Below, piece after piece: positions 63,670-64,000 of a stretch of 64,000 bases of DNA. The translations under genes and the position numbers were made by a program. Within the stretch, counting starts at the first letter, position 1; the number at the start of each line of letters is the position of its first letter. The stretch is taken from positions 2,847-66,846 of the forward strand of contig JANSXW010000017.1 of the NCBI GenBank assembly GCA_024742755.1, given 5' to 3'. Origin of the DNA: a bacterium (GTDB lineage Bacteria; Bacteroidota; Bacteroidia; Chitinophagales; Saprospiraceae). The notes under the pieces are model-generated. The model worked only from the letters and a program-made list of their open reading frames with translations. It made no database searches and was not told the origin of the DNA.

Positions 63670-64000
63670 TTACGTTTTAATCAAATCCTCCAACTTGTAT
63701 TTTTTAAAGTGTTTAAACTTATCTCTTTTTAATTCTAAGTATTCATTCTTGACTTGAATCAGTATCCATGTCTTTGGGTCCAGGTTAAAAATCTGACTCA
63801 ACATAAACGATAGCTCAAAATTGACTTTGCGCTTGCCCGATAATATTTTATTAAAATTAGTGGGGTCTAATCCAATGTACCTTGCAAGCTCATTCTGTTT
63901 CAACCCCAATTTGTCGATATACAATCTCAGGAACTCACCTACTCTTATTATGTGGCTTTCATCTTCATGTCCGTCCAAATAATCTTCAATCTTTATTTGT
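63670..64000 (-). CDS. XRE/HigA-like HTH protein (5'-truncated by the window edge)
   Basis: The frame stays open to the edge (QIKIEDYLDGH...). HTH LGLKQNELARYIGLDPTNFNKILSGKRKVN..LS..L.QIF. Very AT-rich. Confidence 0.75.
   Translation of the reverse strand, partial: QIKIEDYLDGHEDESHIIRVGEFLRLYIDKLGLKQNELARYIGLDPTNFNKILSGKRKVNFELSFMLSQIFNLDPKTWILIQVKNEYLELKRDKFKHFKKYKLEDLIKT

Noticed and set aside
1-64000. tRNA, rRNA, tmRNA, integrase or prophage genes
   Set aside because: No cloverleaf or T-loop signatures, rRNA-like tracts, tyrosine or serine recombinase motifs, or phage structural genes were seen in the intergenic regions or ORFs.

Overview
Chromosomal segment of a Bacteroidota bacterium, probably Saprospiraceae-like. 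This is inferred from TAnnTTTG -7 promoter boxes, a T9SS C-terminal sorting domain, lipoprotein export signals and moderately high GC. Core genes (mfd, cysS, trmB, dapD, pth, U32/TrhP-like protein plus ferredoxin, lptC, dtd, ctaA) are interspersed with accessory blocks. The accessory blocks are: a Crp-regulated cassette with a Tat-exported nitroreductase-fold protein; an Rpn gene beside a Uma2 remnant; a TetR-TolC-HlyD-ABC efflux operon carrying a ~600 bp bipartite inverted tandem-repeat array; an AAA/PD-(D/E)XK gene; and a REC-HisKA-REC regulator followed by three paralogous PAS kinases. Two features stand out. (1) An ECF sigma/anti-sigma pair heads a tandemly duplicated five-gene module of small outer-membrane beta-barrels and surface lipoproteins (A-B-L1-C-L2, then A'-B'-L1'-C'-L2'), whose last two genes are fused by a ~630 bp deletion. 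(2) A 690 bp intergenic region at 61.6-62.2 kb holds about 10 DnaA boxes and a tandem-box plus DnaA-trio element, a strong oriC candidate with no dnaA in the window. No rRNA, tRNA or CRISPR array was found. All assignments come from reading motifs by eye; no database searches were run.
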